A DNA stretch of 64,000 bases from Callorhinchus milii (GCF_018977255.1 NW_024704742.1:49354001-49418000); one strand, 5' to 3'; numbered from the stretch's first letter, positions 12,396-25,015 are shown. Numbers and translations are program-made. The notes: generated from the letters alone by a model not told the origin.

Positions 12396-12553
12396 AGCTC
12401 TGGGGTGTTTTCTGGAGTGTCACAGGACTAAAGATTAAGAGCAATGATGAACACAGACTGAGATTATTTAACAACTGATATAATGATAATCATCCTTACA
12501 TTTGATAATAGCCCCTTATATCATAGAGACGTCTCAAAGTATATACAGTAAAA

Positions 12554-12630
12554 ACTATAAATTTCACAGTATATACTATAAATTTCACAGTATGTGCTAC
12601 ACATTTCACAGTATATACTATAAATTTCAG
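12554..12630. repeat. 21-bp tandem repeat (actataaatttcacagtatat), ~3.5 copies
   Basis: Direct reading. Confidence 0.8.
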
Positions 12631-12714
12631 TTTTGGCACCTACATTGAAAATTTAGACAGTATAAGTACAGCTATAATACTGGGTGGGGGGAAGGGGGGG
12701 GAAAGAAAGGTAAG

Positions 12715-13172
12715 CGGGATTTTGAACTGGCTCCAAGGTGACACGTACTGCTGATGACAGCAAAGCCAGCCTGGCTCATCAGCGAGATTTGTAAGAGTAG
12801 ACTTGTCACTGGGAGCAAGGATTCTTCCCACACAGCTCCTGTTAACCCTTCAAGCCAAAGCCCTAAGGGATAGGGTGGTCCTAGCTGAACAAACAGCAGG
12901 AAAGTGCTATCAATGACAAGCTATGCGGTTTCAGCTGGTTAGACTGCAGCAGTCCCCAAGCCTTGGCTCTTGCCAATCTGTTTCTAACACTCTCCGGAAT
13001 TAGGTAAGCAAGATACATCCCTCCAGGGAGAGAATCAGCATTTAATTCCCCAAAAAATCTTGGAAATTTCCATTTACAGGTGGGAATCAAGGAACTCTCA
13101 GTTTGGTTTAGATACTCTTAAGCATGGTAATGGGTTTCCGCATGTGTTAGACACCCAGCTAACCAAAAAAAA
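12715..13172 (+). mobile_element. Unassigned structured element, internally deleted copy
   Basis: gaactggctccaaggtgaca joined almost directly to actgctgatgacagc (about 90 bp missing relative to 62365-62927). Ends gacacccagctaacc-A8. Confidence 0.8.
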
Positions 13173-13177
13173 GGCAA

Positions 13178-13575
13178 ATCTTAAAAGGGGTAGAAACACA
13201 GAGAGGGATCTAGGAGTATAGATTCTCAGATCACTTAAGGAGGAAACCAGGTGATTAAGGCCATTAAAAAAGCCAATGCGAGCTTGAGTTTTATAGTTAG
13301 GGGAATTGAGTGTAAGGTTAAAGAGGTTATTTTGAATCTGTACAAAACGATGGCCAATGTTAAGGCGCTAGGGGTCGGATAGAGAATATTTACTAGGATG
13401 TTGCCTTTAATGAGGAACATAGTTATAGGAAAAGCTTGATAAACTTCTCTTTGGAGCTCAGACGGCTGAGAGGGGCTATGATAAAGGTACATAGGTGGAT
13501 AGGGCCATATTATTTTCAGCGTTCAAGGGGTTTAGAAATCAGAACTGGGAGGTCCAGAATAGACATTATGAAAAA
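13178..13575 (+). mobile_element. CR1 LINE fragment, eroded
   Basis: Similar to 31565-32000. Encodes FSLELRRLRGAMIKVHR. Confidence 0.7.
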
Positions 13576-15104
13576 ATTTTCAAGGATTATTATTACTGAT
13601 GTTTTTCACATGGTTACCACAACAAATGCTATGGCTGCTACTCTAAACCTACTACACATGCTGATTTCTTTTACAACACAAAATAATTGGCAGTTTGCCT
13701 TTTGCATTTACTTGAGATAAATCTCTAGTTCTTCAGCACGAGGCATGCTGTAAGTGTGACTTGTGCTACAGCCCTGCTTCTGGTATCATGTGGGAGGACA
13801 CATATAGTACAGATTAAAGCTATTGAGGAGCATGAATGGTGTTAAAATGTATTGCAAAAGGGGCATTGGGATTAACAGGTCTGACAAGATCTAATAAACT
13901 GGTGGAACAAAGCTCAATGGGTTGAATGGCCTCCTTCTGTTCTTGTCTTGCTATAATCTTATCTCCAGTTAGGAGCTGGCACTAGCACAGACACGATGGC
14001 CCAAATGACCTCCTCTGTGCAGTTCTAAAGGTTGAAGCGGTCCAAGTAAATAAATAATTTGGTTTAAATCCAAATGCTAATTGCTCACAATATATTCTTT
14101 TCCAACAAGGAGCTGCAAGTTTTTGTGAAGATAAAAACAAATCAATTTTCTATTTGTAATTTCATTAGCATTGTATTTGCATTGAGAGGAGTGCACTGCA
14201 TAACTCATTGTATGGTTCAGTAATATAGTTATGAGGTATCTTCTCTTTCAGCAACAGGCTCTCAACTCTTCCTATCCCTATTTTGAGAGACTGTTTGAAG
14301 GATATTTTAGTTAGTTCAGCGATATTGTTCTTCCCTTAAGATTATTTAAAAGAAAAACGCTCCAATTGAATGAACAGCATATTAGATTTCAAAACCAAAA
14401 GCCGAAATAGACTTTGCAAAATAGGTAAGAAAAATCCTTACTTTCAGATTGTGGGCTGTACAAGTAAGGAAGCAATACGACTGTAAATTGCTACTTGCCA
14501 GTTAAAATGCTTTAGCTGGTTCTAATTCCAAGATAGCTTCTTATTGGAAAACATTAAATCAGAATTTAGGGAAAGATAAAATGTCTTGTACCGATCTGTC
14601 TTTAGAAATGGATGGCAAATTGTTGGATGAGAGTTAAGCAAAATCAGGTTAATTTGATTTTTTTTTAAAATTGAATCAGCAATGGTATGTGTAAGCACGG
14701 AATGTTCCTAACCTTGAGACATGAGCTGAGAGCACTTTATATCACTGCCTCTTCAGCGGATACCATGTTATCCCCAGTTTAATTACATTGGTCTGAGATT
14801 TATACAGTTTTCAACCCGAGCTTCTCTGCATTTATTGCAGTTTCTTTATTCATCTGTTCAATGTTCTGCAAAATATTGATACGTTAAAACAAATGGATAC
14901 ATAGGAAAAGGAGGCTATTCAACTCTTGTAAATATATTAGTTCATGATGGATCTTTTAATCCCATGTTCCGGACTTTCCTCCATCCCTTAAATATTCTTA
15001 CTTTCTACAGATCTATCTTTCTGCCTTTTAAACATCCTAATGTATTCTGCATTTATAGCCTTCTGAGACAGTGCACCCCACAATTTCGCAACCTATCACT
15101 GTGC

Positions 15105-15365
15105 TTAAGAGTCTCCAAACCAAACTACTGAAAGTTCCACATATGGATGGTTTCTGTTTGCCTGGTATGGAATGTCCACACTCTCCACGAGGGATGTACC
15201 CTACTTATGTAATCATTACCTATTCAAATGCAGGTTGTTAAGAGCCAATGCTTGGGGACCTAAAGTGTTCATTGGGTGCTGCTGGAGATTAATCAGTGAA
15301 AAACATTTACCATTATGAAAACGACTGGCTTCCTACTGCCTGGTCTGTCCAGAGGGACCACTTTG
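15105..15365 (-). mobile_element. Unassigned structured element, eroded fragment
   Basis: gcaggttgttaagagccaatgcttggggacc...gctggagattaatcag is antisense to 62690-62755. Confidence 0.6.
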
Positions 15366-15514
15366 AAGACTGTAGGAACCAATTGAGAATAATTCTTGCT
15401 GTCAGTAACTGATCTGTTTCTCCAAGTCTTGCTAATAAGCCAGGTTGACTAGTCCATCGTCAACAATGCCTTGGAATCCTACAAATGCACCTGGTTGTTG
15501 CTCCTGTAACAATA

Positions 15515-15670
15515 CAATAATAATAATAATCCTTGCATTTGATATAGCGCCTTATATCATTGAGATGACTCAAAGAGCTTCACAAAATATACTGTAAAGT
15601 GGATTGACTGTGGTTTTTTGTGGACAAACGTGCCAGCCAACTTGCACAAAGCAATGTCCCACAAACAGAC
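15515..15670 (-). mobile_element. SINE 3' fragment with L2-type tail
   Basis: (TAA)n-tccttgcatttgatatagcgcc...aatgtcccacaaacag. Confidence 0.8.
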
Positions 15671-15694
15671 ATAGAGAATGAATCTATGCAAACA

Positions 15695-15925
15695 TTATTT
15701 CAGTGAGCGAATAGTAAACCTGTGGAACAAGCTCCCTGGGGTGACGGTTGAAGCAGGAAGTGTTGATTCTTTCAAACACACATTAGATAGTTGTCTTTTA
15801 GGAAATAATATTATGGGATGTAGTACATAGGTAGTTTGGGATATATGTGCATGGGACCTCCAGTAAGGTGGAAGGCGAACAAGATGGACCTTGGTCTTTT
15901 TTCGTCTAGCATTTCTTAGGTTCTT
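15695..15925 (+). mobile_element. CR1-type LINE 3' end
   Basis: Encodes YFSERIVNLWNKLPGVTVEAGSVDSFKHTLDSCL, the usual CR1 ORF2 C-terminus. Confidence 0.75.
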
Positions 15926-15942
15926 ATAATAATAATAGGTCA

Positions 15943-16095
15943 TAATAATATTAATCCTTGCATTTGATATAGCGCTTTTCACATCTTCTAGATGTCTCAA
16001 AGCGTTTCACAGAATAGACTGCAAAGTGAATTAACTGTACATGTTGTGAGCGAAACGCGGCAGCCAATTGCACATAGCAGTGTCCCACAAACAGT
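15943..16095 (-). mobile_element. tRNA-SINE 3' fragment
   Basis: Antisense to the SINE tail at 20050-20220. Confidence 0.85.
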
Positions 16096-18496
16096 CTTGG
16101 ATTCAAGTTACCAATTTATTATTGTTTACACAAACATACACAAACATACACAAGCATACACACACACAAGCTTACACACACACAAATATGCAAACAAACA
16201 TATTAAAACTTACGTGAGTGACAAATTTTATCTGGGGATTTGTTGGCAAGACATCGAGAGAAACTCCCTTCATTATTTTCGAATTGTGCTATGCGATCTT
16301 AATACCTGTCTGGACAGGCTGATGAACTTCAGTTTAATGTTTCTTTCAAAGGATGACATCTCCAACAATGCACCACACCCTCAACATTGTATTGAAGTGT
16401 CAGCAACAACAATAACAACAACTTGCATTTATGTAGCACCCTTCATGTGGGTGGTACACATGAAGGTGGTACACATGAGAAGAATTCCTGCTGTCAGTAA
16501 CTGATCTGTTACGAGAAAAAAAGCGTTCTGGGACACCGTCCGGCGTGGAGGGTGCTATGTAAATCCAAGTTGTTGTTGTTGGTATCTTGGAGCACTTAAA
16601 AAGACTATGTTGGCTCCATAGTTGTGGTCTTACCAATCCTGATTTTCAGGTAATAACTTATAATCAATGGTCTCCTCATACAGCCTGTAATTCCATTTAT
16701 CTTTTTTGCCATACAATGTGACATTTACAGTTTAGTCGAATAACGCAGCAAAGTTCACTTTCATGCTCCACTTTATTTAATAACATATGCTCACTAAGTA
16801 ATGATATTTTCTATTTTAAGCATTGAGCATAAACATTGTTCTTCGTTTTTCAATATCAAATGCCACTATCATTCAACTACCCAGTTTTTAAGTGACTTTT
16901 GGCTTAACTTAGCCTTGGCTCCCAATTGATATTGAACCACTAAAAATAATGAATAGAAGAGAAACCACTTGGCTGAGTAATGAAATGACACAGTGTACAT
17001 CTGTATCCAGCCTGACAAACAGCATGATGAGCTCTAGTTAACAGGCCTACCGTTACACAGTGAGGTTTTTCAAGAAAAAATATTTCTAGGAGTTTTAAGT
17101 TTTCAAACAGAAAAAGTTATCAAACATCCAAAATACATAACCACAGTTGCACATTAATTCTAAATAAAAGGATGAAAAGCAAAACCACATGATCCAGCTG
17201 CTATATTGACAAAGCATGCATAAGGATTACAAACAGACTCAAAATAGACATTCATCCAAAGATTTACAAGGAGTGTACAGCATGGAAACAGGCAACTCGG
17301 CCCAACTAGTCCTTCCTGGTGTTTATACTCCACACGAGTCTTCACCTATTCCTTACTCCTTACTAGTACTTCAGTTTTATAGCTCATTATGGTGGAGTTT
17401 AATAATCAGTCAACATTTCAAACCACTGACATATAACTAACAGAGCTATAGTGATTTTTAAAATTAGTAAAAAAATCATTTCTTATTTTTAATTAGATAA
17501 GAAGGGATACTGTATTTATCCAACAATATAAGGAAAAGGCCAAGGTAATAGTTTTTTGAAATCTTCCTTTAATTTTAACACCAAAATATATTATAAAGCA
17601 ATGACATATTTTGACCCACTCTCAAAATCTCCAAAGGATGGAAGCCTTATTAAACAGCTAAATGAAGAATTCAATATGGGGAAGAGACATTTAGCTAACA
17701 CTGATGAGGGATGACCCAGAAACAATTAATTAAAATAACATTGATAAGGAATCACACACCATTTCCCCATCACACGGTCTGGTCTGTTCGACAAAATGTC
17801 ACAGTCAAAAATGGCGGCGAGCCAGAGGCTGGAGTCGTGAGGAGATCAAACCTGATCGCAAAATCAGCGGGAAAAATGCTGTCTTTGCAATCCTGGCGAT
17901 TGGAGCTGAGCGGGGGAGGGCAGGAGCTACCGGCAGACAATCTTTGCATTTGATGTTGTTCACAGGATTTGTAGCCATGATTGGTTGATTGGTTGATTTT
18001 GATTGATTGACTGATTAAATCATAAGAGGTGCTGACACACTTTATGAGTTGTTTTAACAACCTTTTAAAATGTACAAACAGCACTGGCAAGGAAACTCAC
18101 TTCACTGAGCAAATGCTCTAAACATCTGTCTCAGTCAACAGCACAAAATATTTGAAACAAATTGATAAAACTGAACATTGAATATGGGCTTGGTCTATAG
18201 CTGCTTAAATAAAACAATTAAGACCAGATTATCTCAGAGTATTTGGTCTGCCACAGCTTCGTACCAGCTTCAAAACAAGGACAGGATCATTGTGAGAGCT
18301 TGTGCATTAACATCTTCTATTGAAATTCACAGTGAATTGCCTTGATTGACTGTACTCCAAGCAGTAAAATTGTCCATTGTTTCTCTAATATACTGCCTAG
18401 TGCATAGCTACTCATCTATCACTGATACCAAACAGGATCCAGAAACACATTGACTTTGCAGCTTGTGTTACCTCAACCAGAGAAAAGTCAGCAGTT

Positions 18497-18722
18497 TGTT
18501 TTGGTCAGCTGGGCGCCGGACTTATGCCAGAAACCCATCACCGTGCCTGAGTATTCAAACTGAGAGTTCCACATATGTCACTTGGAAATTCCCATTGCAG
18601 ACTCTCTCCCCTGCTTGCCTAAATACAGAGAGAGTTAGGCACAGATTGGCAAGAGGCAAGACTTAGGAACCCCTAGAATGTGCATTGGGGTACTGCTGGA
18701 GTCTAACCAACTAAAACTGCAT
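18497..18722 (-). mobile_element. Unassigned structured element, 3' half
   Basis: ttttggtcagctgggcg...agaaacccat...gctggagtctaaccaactaaaac is antisense to 62688-62925. Confidence 0.7.
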
Positions 18723-19149
18723 GTATTCTAATGGTGTTTTTCTTTAATGCATTGCTACAGTTTTAATATTGAACTTCCTAGCATAACAGTTTAATAAGAT
18801 CAATAGTGGGCCTATTTTATAAAATGTGCCTTATGCTTCCTTACCCTTTCCTAACCAAGTTTTATTCAGATGTTCAGCCATCATTTTCATGGTTGGTCTT
18901 ATACATTTTAGTCATTGTTCTCTTTGTTATATGAAAGTGAAAGACACAGTTCCAAAGTTATTAATGATAATTATAATCCTTATAATTGATAAAGCACCTT
19001 CCACCTTGAGACGACATCTCAAAGCACTTCACAGGATTTACTGGACTGACTGTATTTTGTGGGTGAATGTTGTAAGATAAGCTGTAAAAGTGGCTTTAGC
19101 AGTCCTGCCACGTTTCACTCTCCATATGTTATGCTGCAGTTTGAAGGTC

Positions 19150-19550
19150 ACATCAGAACCAGGATCAGATGGAAGTTTACCTTCTAACAGATTAGATTTA
19201 GCCTGATTTATGCACTCTATATTGATTTGGGTATGAATTGGAACCACGTTTTGGTGTTGGATTTGTGCCAAAAGTGTTTGAGACAATTGTCAATATAAAC
19301 TGGCAGAGACTCCACAACAGATTGTCTCGCTGCATCTGCCGTCCACATCCCCTCTGTGCACTGCGTGTCACAGCCATACTCTTCCACCCACCACCATGTG
19401 TTTGTTGCCCTCTTCAATTCAGGTCGATGTCCATATTCCATGTTTTATGCAGCTGCACAATTGAAGACTTCTTATCACGCACTGCTTTTATCCAACATAT
19501 GTGCAGTGAGTCACTGCCAAAAGTGTTCACCACCAGGAGTGAAGCATAGA
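19150..19550 (-). mobile_element. Possible heavily eroded Gypsy-type pol (pre-integrase/zinc-binding region)
   Basis: Across frameshifts: Y.HRPEL...MVVGGRVWL...ARQSV...SNLLEGK, in the order expected for Y..R.EL / GxRIVIP / ARQSVWW / DLFE..GK. Confidence 0.35.
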
Positions 19551-19849
19551 CTCAAAATACTGCTCCTTTATACAAAGGTATAATGGCAACAACTTTCACT
19601 TGTGCAGCAAGTTTTACCTTCGAGAATGTCTCAAAGCACTTTACAAAGACGGAATGGGAGCCTGGAAAGGGAGGGAGATAGGCTGAAGGTGGCCAAAGCT
19701 GCTGTTCAAGAGATATGTTTTTAAATATATTTTTAAAGCAGAAGTGGGAATGAACATCTAGAGAGATGTTTCGAGTATGTAGTGGCAAAACCGACTGACT
19801 GGGGAGAGGGGAAGACATGCATCAGGCCTAAGTTAGTAAACCTGAGTAT

Positions 19850-20220
19850 GGTGTCCTGTAGCTCAGTGGTTAGAGCACTCTCCTCGCAAGCGAGAAACCT
19901 GGGTTTGATTCCCAGCAGGGCTAAATGTTGGCAAGTTTCCTGACTCTACATGCCTCTGTTTACCTAGGAACCCGGTTATCAGTTGATTGGCGGATCACCT
20001 TTCCGAGGATAATAATCCCTGAAAAAAATAATAACTTGGTCACTCAATCCATGACTGTTTGTGGGACACTGCCTTGCGCAGTTGGCTGCCGCGTTTCGCC
20101 CACAAATATACAGTCAATTCACTTTACAGTATATTCTGTGAAGCGCTTTGAGACATCTAGAAGACATGAAAAATGCTATATCAAATGTAAGAATTATTAT
20201 TATTATTTATTATTATTATA
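19850..20220 (+). mobile_element. tRNA-derived SINE, full length, L2-type tail
   Basis: A box tagctcagtgg, B box ggtttgattccc, body, tail gcgctttgagacatc...tatatcaaatgtaag(ATT)n. Confidence 0.92.
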
Positions 20221-20489
20221 TAGAGCAAAGGCGCCGGGGGTGTGGGGGAGCAGGAACGTAGGAAGCGTTTTAAAGTAAGAACGAGGATCTTAAAGTTGAT
20301 CTACTGTGGAATAGAAAGACATTAGATTCCGATGAGGATGTGAATGATGGGCTTGCAGTGCTTCGTACAGAGAAGTAAGGGTCAAGCAAAATATTGAATT
20401 CTCACTGGCTCCATGAGCGGAACTGAAGAAGCAAGGAAAGGGTGCTGATGGGAGCAGAGCAGGTTAGTTTCTGGTTTATTGACTTGGAT

Positions 20490-20660
20490 TGATGGCCAGG
20501 ACTCTTTTCAGTGTGTTAGGATCTTCAACTTGATCTGAATATGCAGACAGGACCTTGGATTAACATGCCATCTGAAGGAAGGCACCTTTGACAGTTCAGT
20601 ACTCCTCTAGCACTGCATTGGAGTGTCAGCCCCTAGAGTATGAACTCAAAGTCCAGATAT
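20490..20660 (-). mobile_element. Deu-domain SINE fragment
   Basis: gcactgcattggagtgtcagcc and catctgaaggaaggcacct are antisense Deu core. Confidence 0.65.
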
Positions 20661-20809
20661 GGGGAATAACAGAAGGATCCTAGTGAACAAATGTTTTTAA
20701 TTCCTTGTGGTAAATATAGTAGAACTTTATCAATTAAGGTTGCGTTTATTTTCTTAGAGTTCACCGTTTCTGAGCTGAACATGCATGCTGCCTCAGCCCG
20801 TGAAATATT

Positions 20810-21728
20810 AACAACAACAACAAGATTCCATTTATAGAGCGCCTTTCACATCGGGAGGACGTCCCAAGGCGCTGGACAGTTGGGTCAGGACCCGAGCAGG
20901 GGGGAAATGGTCAGGGTGAGGGGAGGGAAGGTAGGGAGCGAGGAGGGGGTAGAGAGTCGAGAGGGGAGCTAAAGGCACAGTCAAAGAGAAAGGTCTTGAG
21001 ACCGGCCTTAAAGGAGGAAAGGGAGGAGGCGGCGAAGGCACTGGGGGATGGAGTTCCAGAGCCTCGGGGCTGAGAGGCTGAAGGCCCGGCCACCGATGGT
21101 AGGGCGGTTGGGGCGGGGGATGTGGAGCAGACCGGAGCCAGAGGAAAGGAGGGTACGGGCAGGTAGGTAGGGGGATAGTAGGTCGGAGAGGTAGGAGGGA
21201 GCGAGGCCGTGAATGGCCTTGTAGGTGAGGATGAGGATCTTGAATTCGATCCTCGGGGGATGGGGAGCCAGTGGAGGAGAGCGAGGGTGGGAGTGATGTG
21301 GTCCCGAAGCCTGGTGCGGGACAGTACACGAGCTGCAGAGTTCTGAATGACCTGCAGCTTGTGGAGGGAGGTGCCGGGAAGGCCGGCGAGGAGAGAGTTC
21401 CCATAGTCCAGCCTTGAGGTGATAAAGGCGTGGACCAGTGTTTCAGCAGCGTGAGGGGTGAGGTAGTGCCGTAGTCTGGCGATATTCTGGAGGTGATGGA
21501 AGGCGGTGCCAGTTGTGGTGCGGATATGAGGAAGAAAGGACAGCTCAGGGTCGAACAGAACACCGAGGTTCCTGACTGCTTTGAGAGGTGGAGAGTGCAG
21601 CCTTGGATGCTGATGCTGTCAGCACCTGAGATGCGGAGGCGCTGACGTGAGCCAATCAGGAGGGCCTCAGTTTTACGCACGTTGAGCTGAAGAAAGTTGT
21701 CTCTTGTCCAGGACTCGATGTCGGACAT
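20810..21728 (-). mobile_element. L2 LINE 3' ~0.9 kb, young subfamily
   Basis: Highly similar to 28645-29695. [25 protein letters not shown]. (CAA)n tail on the + strand. Confidence 0.96.
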
Positions 21729-22576
21729 TCATCTCATTAAAAGACTCTTAAACCTCACTCCCTATGTCGATTGACTGAAGCTTTTATGAACAATGTTGAT
21801 AGCAATACTTTTTAATCACTCAAATGTCTTTCGACTCCAAGCTACCATTTTGTTGGAGCCTTGTATGATCTATCTATCCTAACAGCTGTGAACCTGCAGC
21901 ACAGATGGTTAGAGAATCAAGTCACAGCGCTGCCACACTGCCGCAAAAAGCTTATTTATATACAAAGCAGCAAATGGAACTGCCTGTATATCACTGGACA
22001 TAGCAATATCTCATCTTCACTGTCTGATGGTTTCACAATGCCTCATAATCTCTGTCAAGACAGTACCAATCATTATCTTTATAATCAAATAAGTCTTTCA
22101 GCATCGAAAAACATCAGTCATAGTTCTGATACAATTTGAAGTCAGCCAGAAGAGACAGCCATGAAATTGTAACAAGGGATCTTGTGTTCTGTTTTCCTGT
22201 GTTCCACTCACAGTGTTTGTCCCAGTTCATGGTTTCAGTTTCTCCGTTGATTTACTGATCTTTTCATCATCTTGTGTCCTCTGAGTATCTCTTCACCTCT
22301 GCCATTATTTAGGTGTCGGTAATAAGTTTGGAGGGAATTGGATTGTTGGAAAATATTTAATAGCTTGCATATATGGTGTACGGAAGCTCATATAAATTTG
22401 AATCATGATGAACAGAAATACCATTTTGCAAGGTGTCCAAAATTAGGGAATGTTAGGAATGACATTAGCAATAAGTATAAGTGATACAGATTGTGAACTT
22501 GTTTAAAAACATAGGAATTAACAATAAGGTTATACATAGGGTTACATCTCAGAGATCACTTGTGTTAGCAATCAAA

Positions 22577-23338
22577 CTGTTTGACCCTGAGCTGTCCTTT
22601 CTTCCCCACATCCGCGCCACAACTGGCACCGCCTTCCACCACCTCCGGAACATCGCCAGACTACGGCACTACCTCACCCCTCACGCTGCTGAAACTCTGG
22701 TCCATGCCTTTATCACCTCAAGGCTGGACTACGGGAACTCTCTCCTCGTCGGCCTTCCCGGCACCTCCCTCCACAAGCTGCAGGTCATTCAGAACCCTGC
22801 AGCTCGTGTACTGTCCCGCACCAGGCTTCGCGACCACATCACTCCCACCCTCGCTCACCTCCACTGGCTCCCCATCCCCCAGAGGATCTAATTCAAAATC
22901 CTCATCCTCACCTACAAGGCCATTCACGGCCTCGCTCCCTCCTACCTCTCCGACCTACTATCCCCCTACCTACCTGCCCGTACCCTCCGTTCCTCTGACT
23001 CCGGTCTGCTCCACACCCCCACCCTAACCGCCCTACCATCGGTGGCCGGGCCTTCAGCCTCTCAGCCCCCAGGCTCTGGAACTCCATCCCCCAGTGCCTT
23101 CGCCGCCTCCTCCCTTTCCTCCTTCAAGGCCGGTCTCAAGACCTTTCTCTTCAACTGTGCCTTCACCTCCCCTCTCGACTCTCTACCCCCTCCTCGTTCT
23201 CTCCCTTCCCTCCCCTCACCCTGACCATTTCCCCCCTGCTCGGGTCCCGACCCAACTGTACAGCGCCTTGGGACGTCCCCCCGACTTGAAAGGCGCTCTA
23301 TAAATGCAATCTTGTTGTTGTTGTTGTTGTTGTTGTTG
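22577..23338 (+). mobile_element. L2 LINE 3' ~0.76 kb, young subfamily
   Basis: LFDPELSFLPHI...AFITSRLDYGNSLL...LHWLPIPQRI. Long (TTG)n tail. Confidence 0.96.
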
Positions 23339-23584
23339 GTACACCTCATTGTTTATTTTCTCTCGCCTCTGGAGCAGAAAGTGATGAATGCAAGACCACA
23401 TTGGAACCTGATCTCATGTTATGGTCTGACAGTGCAATGTGGTAATGGGTGAGAGTTGCAATCCTGGGAGATCCAAAAGAGAGATGCATTCCAGACATAG
23501 GGACATTTCCAATGTGTGGATGGCATGGATATATGGAACTTTGCGCAAAAATTACGTAGTCACTCCACATTACAGTGTATGCTG

Positions 23585-23725
23585 GCCTCCTTCAAGGCAT
23601 GTCTCAAGTCCCTCCTCTTCGACAGTGCGTTCGGCCACCCTCCTATCCTCCCTGCCCTCCACCCTCCCTGATCCCAAGCCCCAGCTCAGGTCTGAATCTA
23701 TGATTGTCTAGCGCCTTGGGACATC
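23585..23725 (+). mobile_element. L2 LINE 3' fragment
   Basis: cctccttcaaggcatgtctcaag...gcgccttgggac. Confidence 0.75.
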
Positions 23726-23737
23726 TACAGGATTTTA

Positions 23738-24030
23738 GGAGTCCTGTAGCTCAGTGGTTTAGAGCACTCGCCTTGCAAGTGAGAGATCTGGTTCAATTCC
23801 CTTGGGTAAGTTTCCTTACTGCACACACCTGACAATAATCCTTCAAAAAAAAAAAAAAATTGGTCACTTTAATCCACGGCTGTTTGTGGGACACTGCTGT
23901 GCGCAATTGGCTGCCGCATTTCACCCACAAATACAGTCAATTCACTTTACAATATATTCTGTGAAGCGCTTTAAGACATCTAGAAGATGTGAAAAAGCAC
24001 TATATCAAATGCAAGGGTTATTATTGTTAT
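23738..24030 (+). mobile_element. tRNA-derived SINE, short (internally deleted) variant
   Basis: ggagtcctgtagctcagtgg...ttgcaag...ggttcaattcc head, with the same tail as 19850-20220. Confidence 0.9.
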
Positions 24031-24599
24031 ATTTCAGGAATGCAGATTTCCAGCACATCAATAATTGATAAATGTAGCAGTTTCTAGCAGTTTCATTATT
24101 TAATGTTACTAAATTCAAAGAGCACTTTTACAATGATGGTTTTCTTAAGAAAAATTGCAATTTCCAATTTACAGTTTTACCAAAGGCTGTTGTGAAATTT
24201 TCTTTCTGTAATTTTTACTTCTATACTTCCATTATTTCCTCATAGAAAAGTATTACTCTTGCAGACTCAACTACCCCCAAGGTATTTTTTTTATATTGGA
24301 TAGTAACAGGTTTATGTTGGAGTCAGGTTATAATCCCATTACACACAACACGTCTCTGGTAGGAACAGTGATATTGATGTTCACAGTAGGAACAAGGTGA
24401 GATATGAGCATTAAAAGTTTTAAAGGAGGACATACCTATCAGTATTGGTCAAGGCTGAATTAACTCATCTTGTCCAAGGAGTAACGTGAAAATAGCTTTA
24501 AGATAAACATAATGACAGAGTTATGTGATAATGGAACCTCTAGAATTGTAGGGTATCGACTCCAACTAGCTGTAAATGTCACAGAGAATAAAATTATAT

Positions 24600-25015
24600 T
24601 CGTCAAGGCATCCCATCGACACAAGCTCAGGAGTTAACAGACATACTGTTCCAGAAGACTGTCAGATTCATTTCTCTAAAGTTGCTGAGTTGGCTGGATA
24701 GCAAAAATGTTGTGCCATTGGAGGCTTTCCCAGAGCATGAAATAGTGGATTGTCCCCAGACAGTGCCATCAATCAATGAAATGGTGCATGTCATCCATAA
24801 GTGCTTCCTTCAATAAGTGGTGTGCAATGCCCAGAAAATGATACTCCCGCTTACCGCAAAATAGCCAAGGTCAAGACAAGAGCATTGATGTTTACAGGGT
24901 TAATATGAGAAAAAATGCTTTTTATATCAGTTTCCCAATTTCACTGATGATCACGGGGATCCATCCATTCAATGGAAGCATATGCTTGTTGGTGGTATTG
25001 GGCTCTTCAGTGCTT
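24600..25015 (+). mobile_element. Eroded PIF/Harbinger-like transposase fragment
   Basis: Ordered remnants ELTDILFQKTVRFI, IGGFPR and VVCNAQKMILPLTAK*PRSRQE resemble Harbinger EVTDALF...FI / AGFP / VCD...I..V.A..PGS.HD. Confidence 0.5.

Noticed and set aside
15992..16504. 170-aa ORF
   Set aside because: Runs through antisense SINE fragments and a CA-rich microsatellite. A chance open frame.
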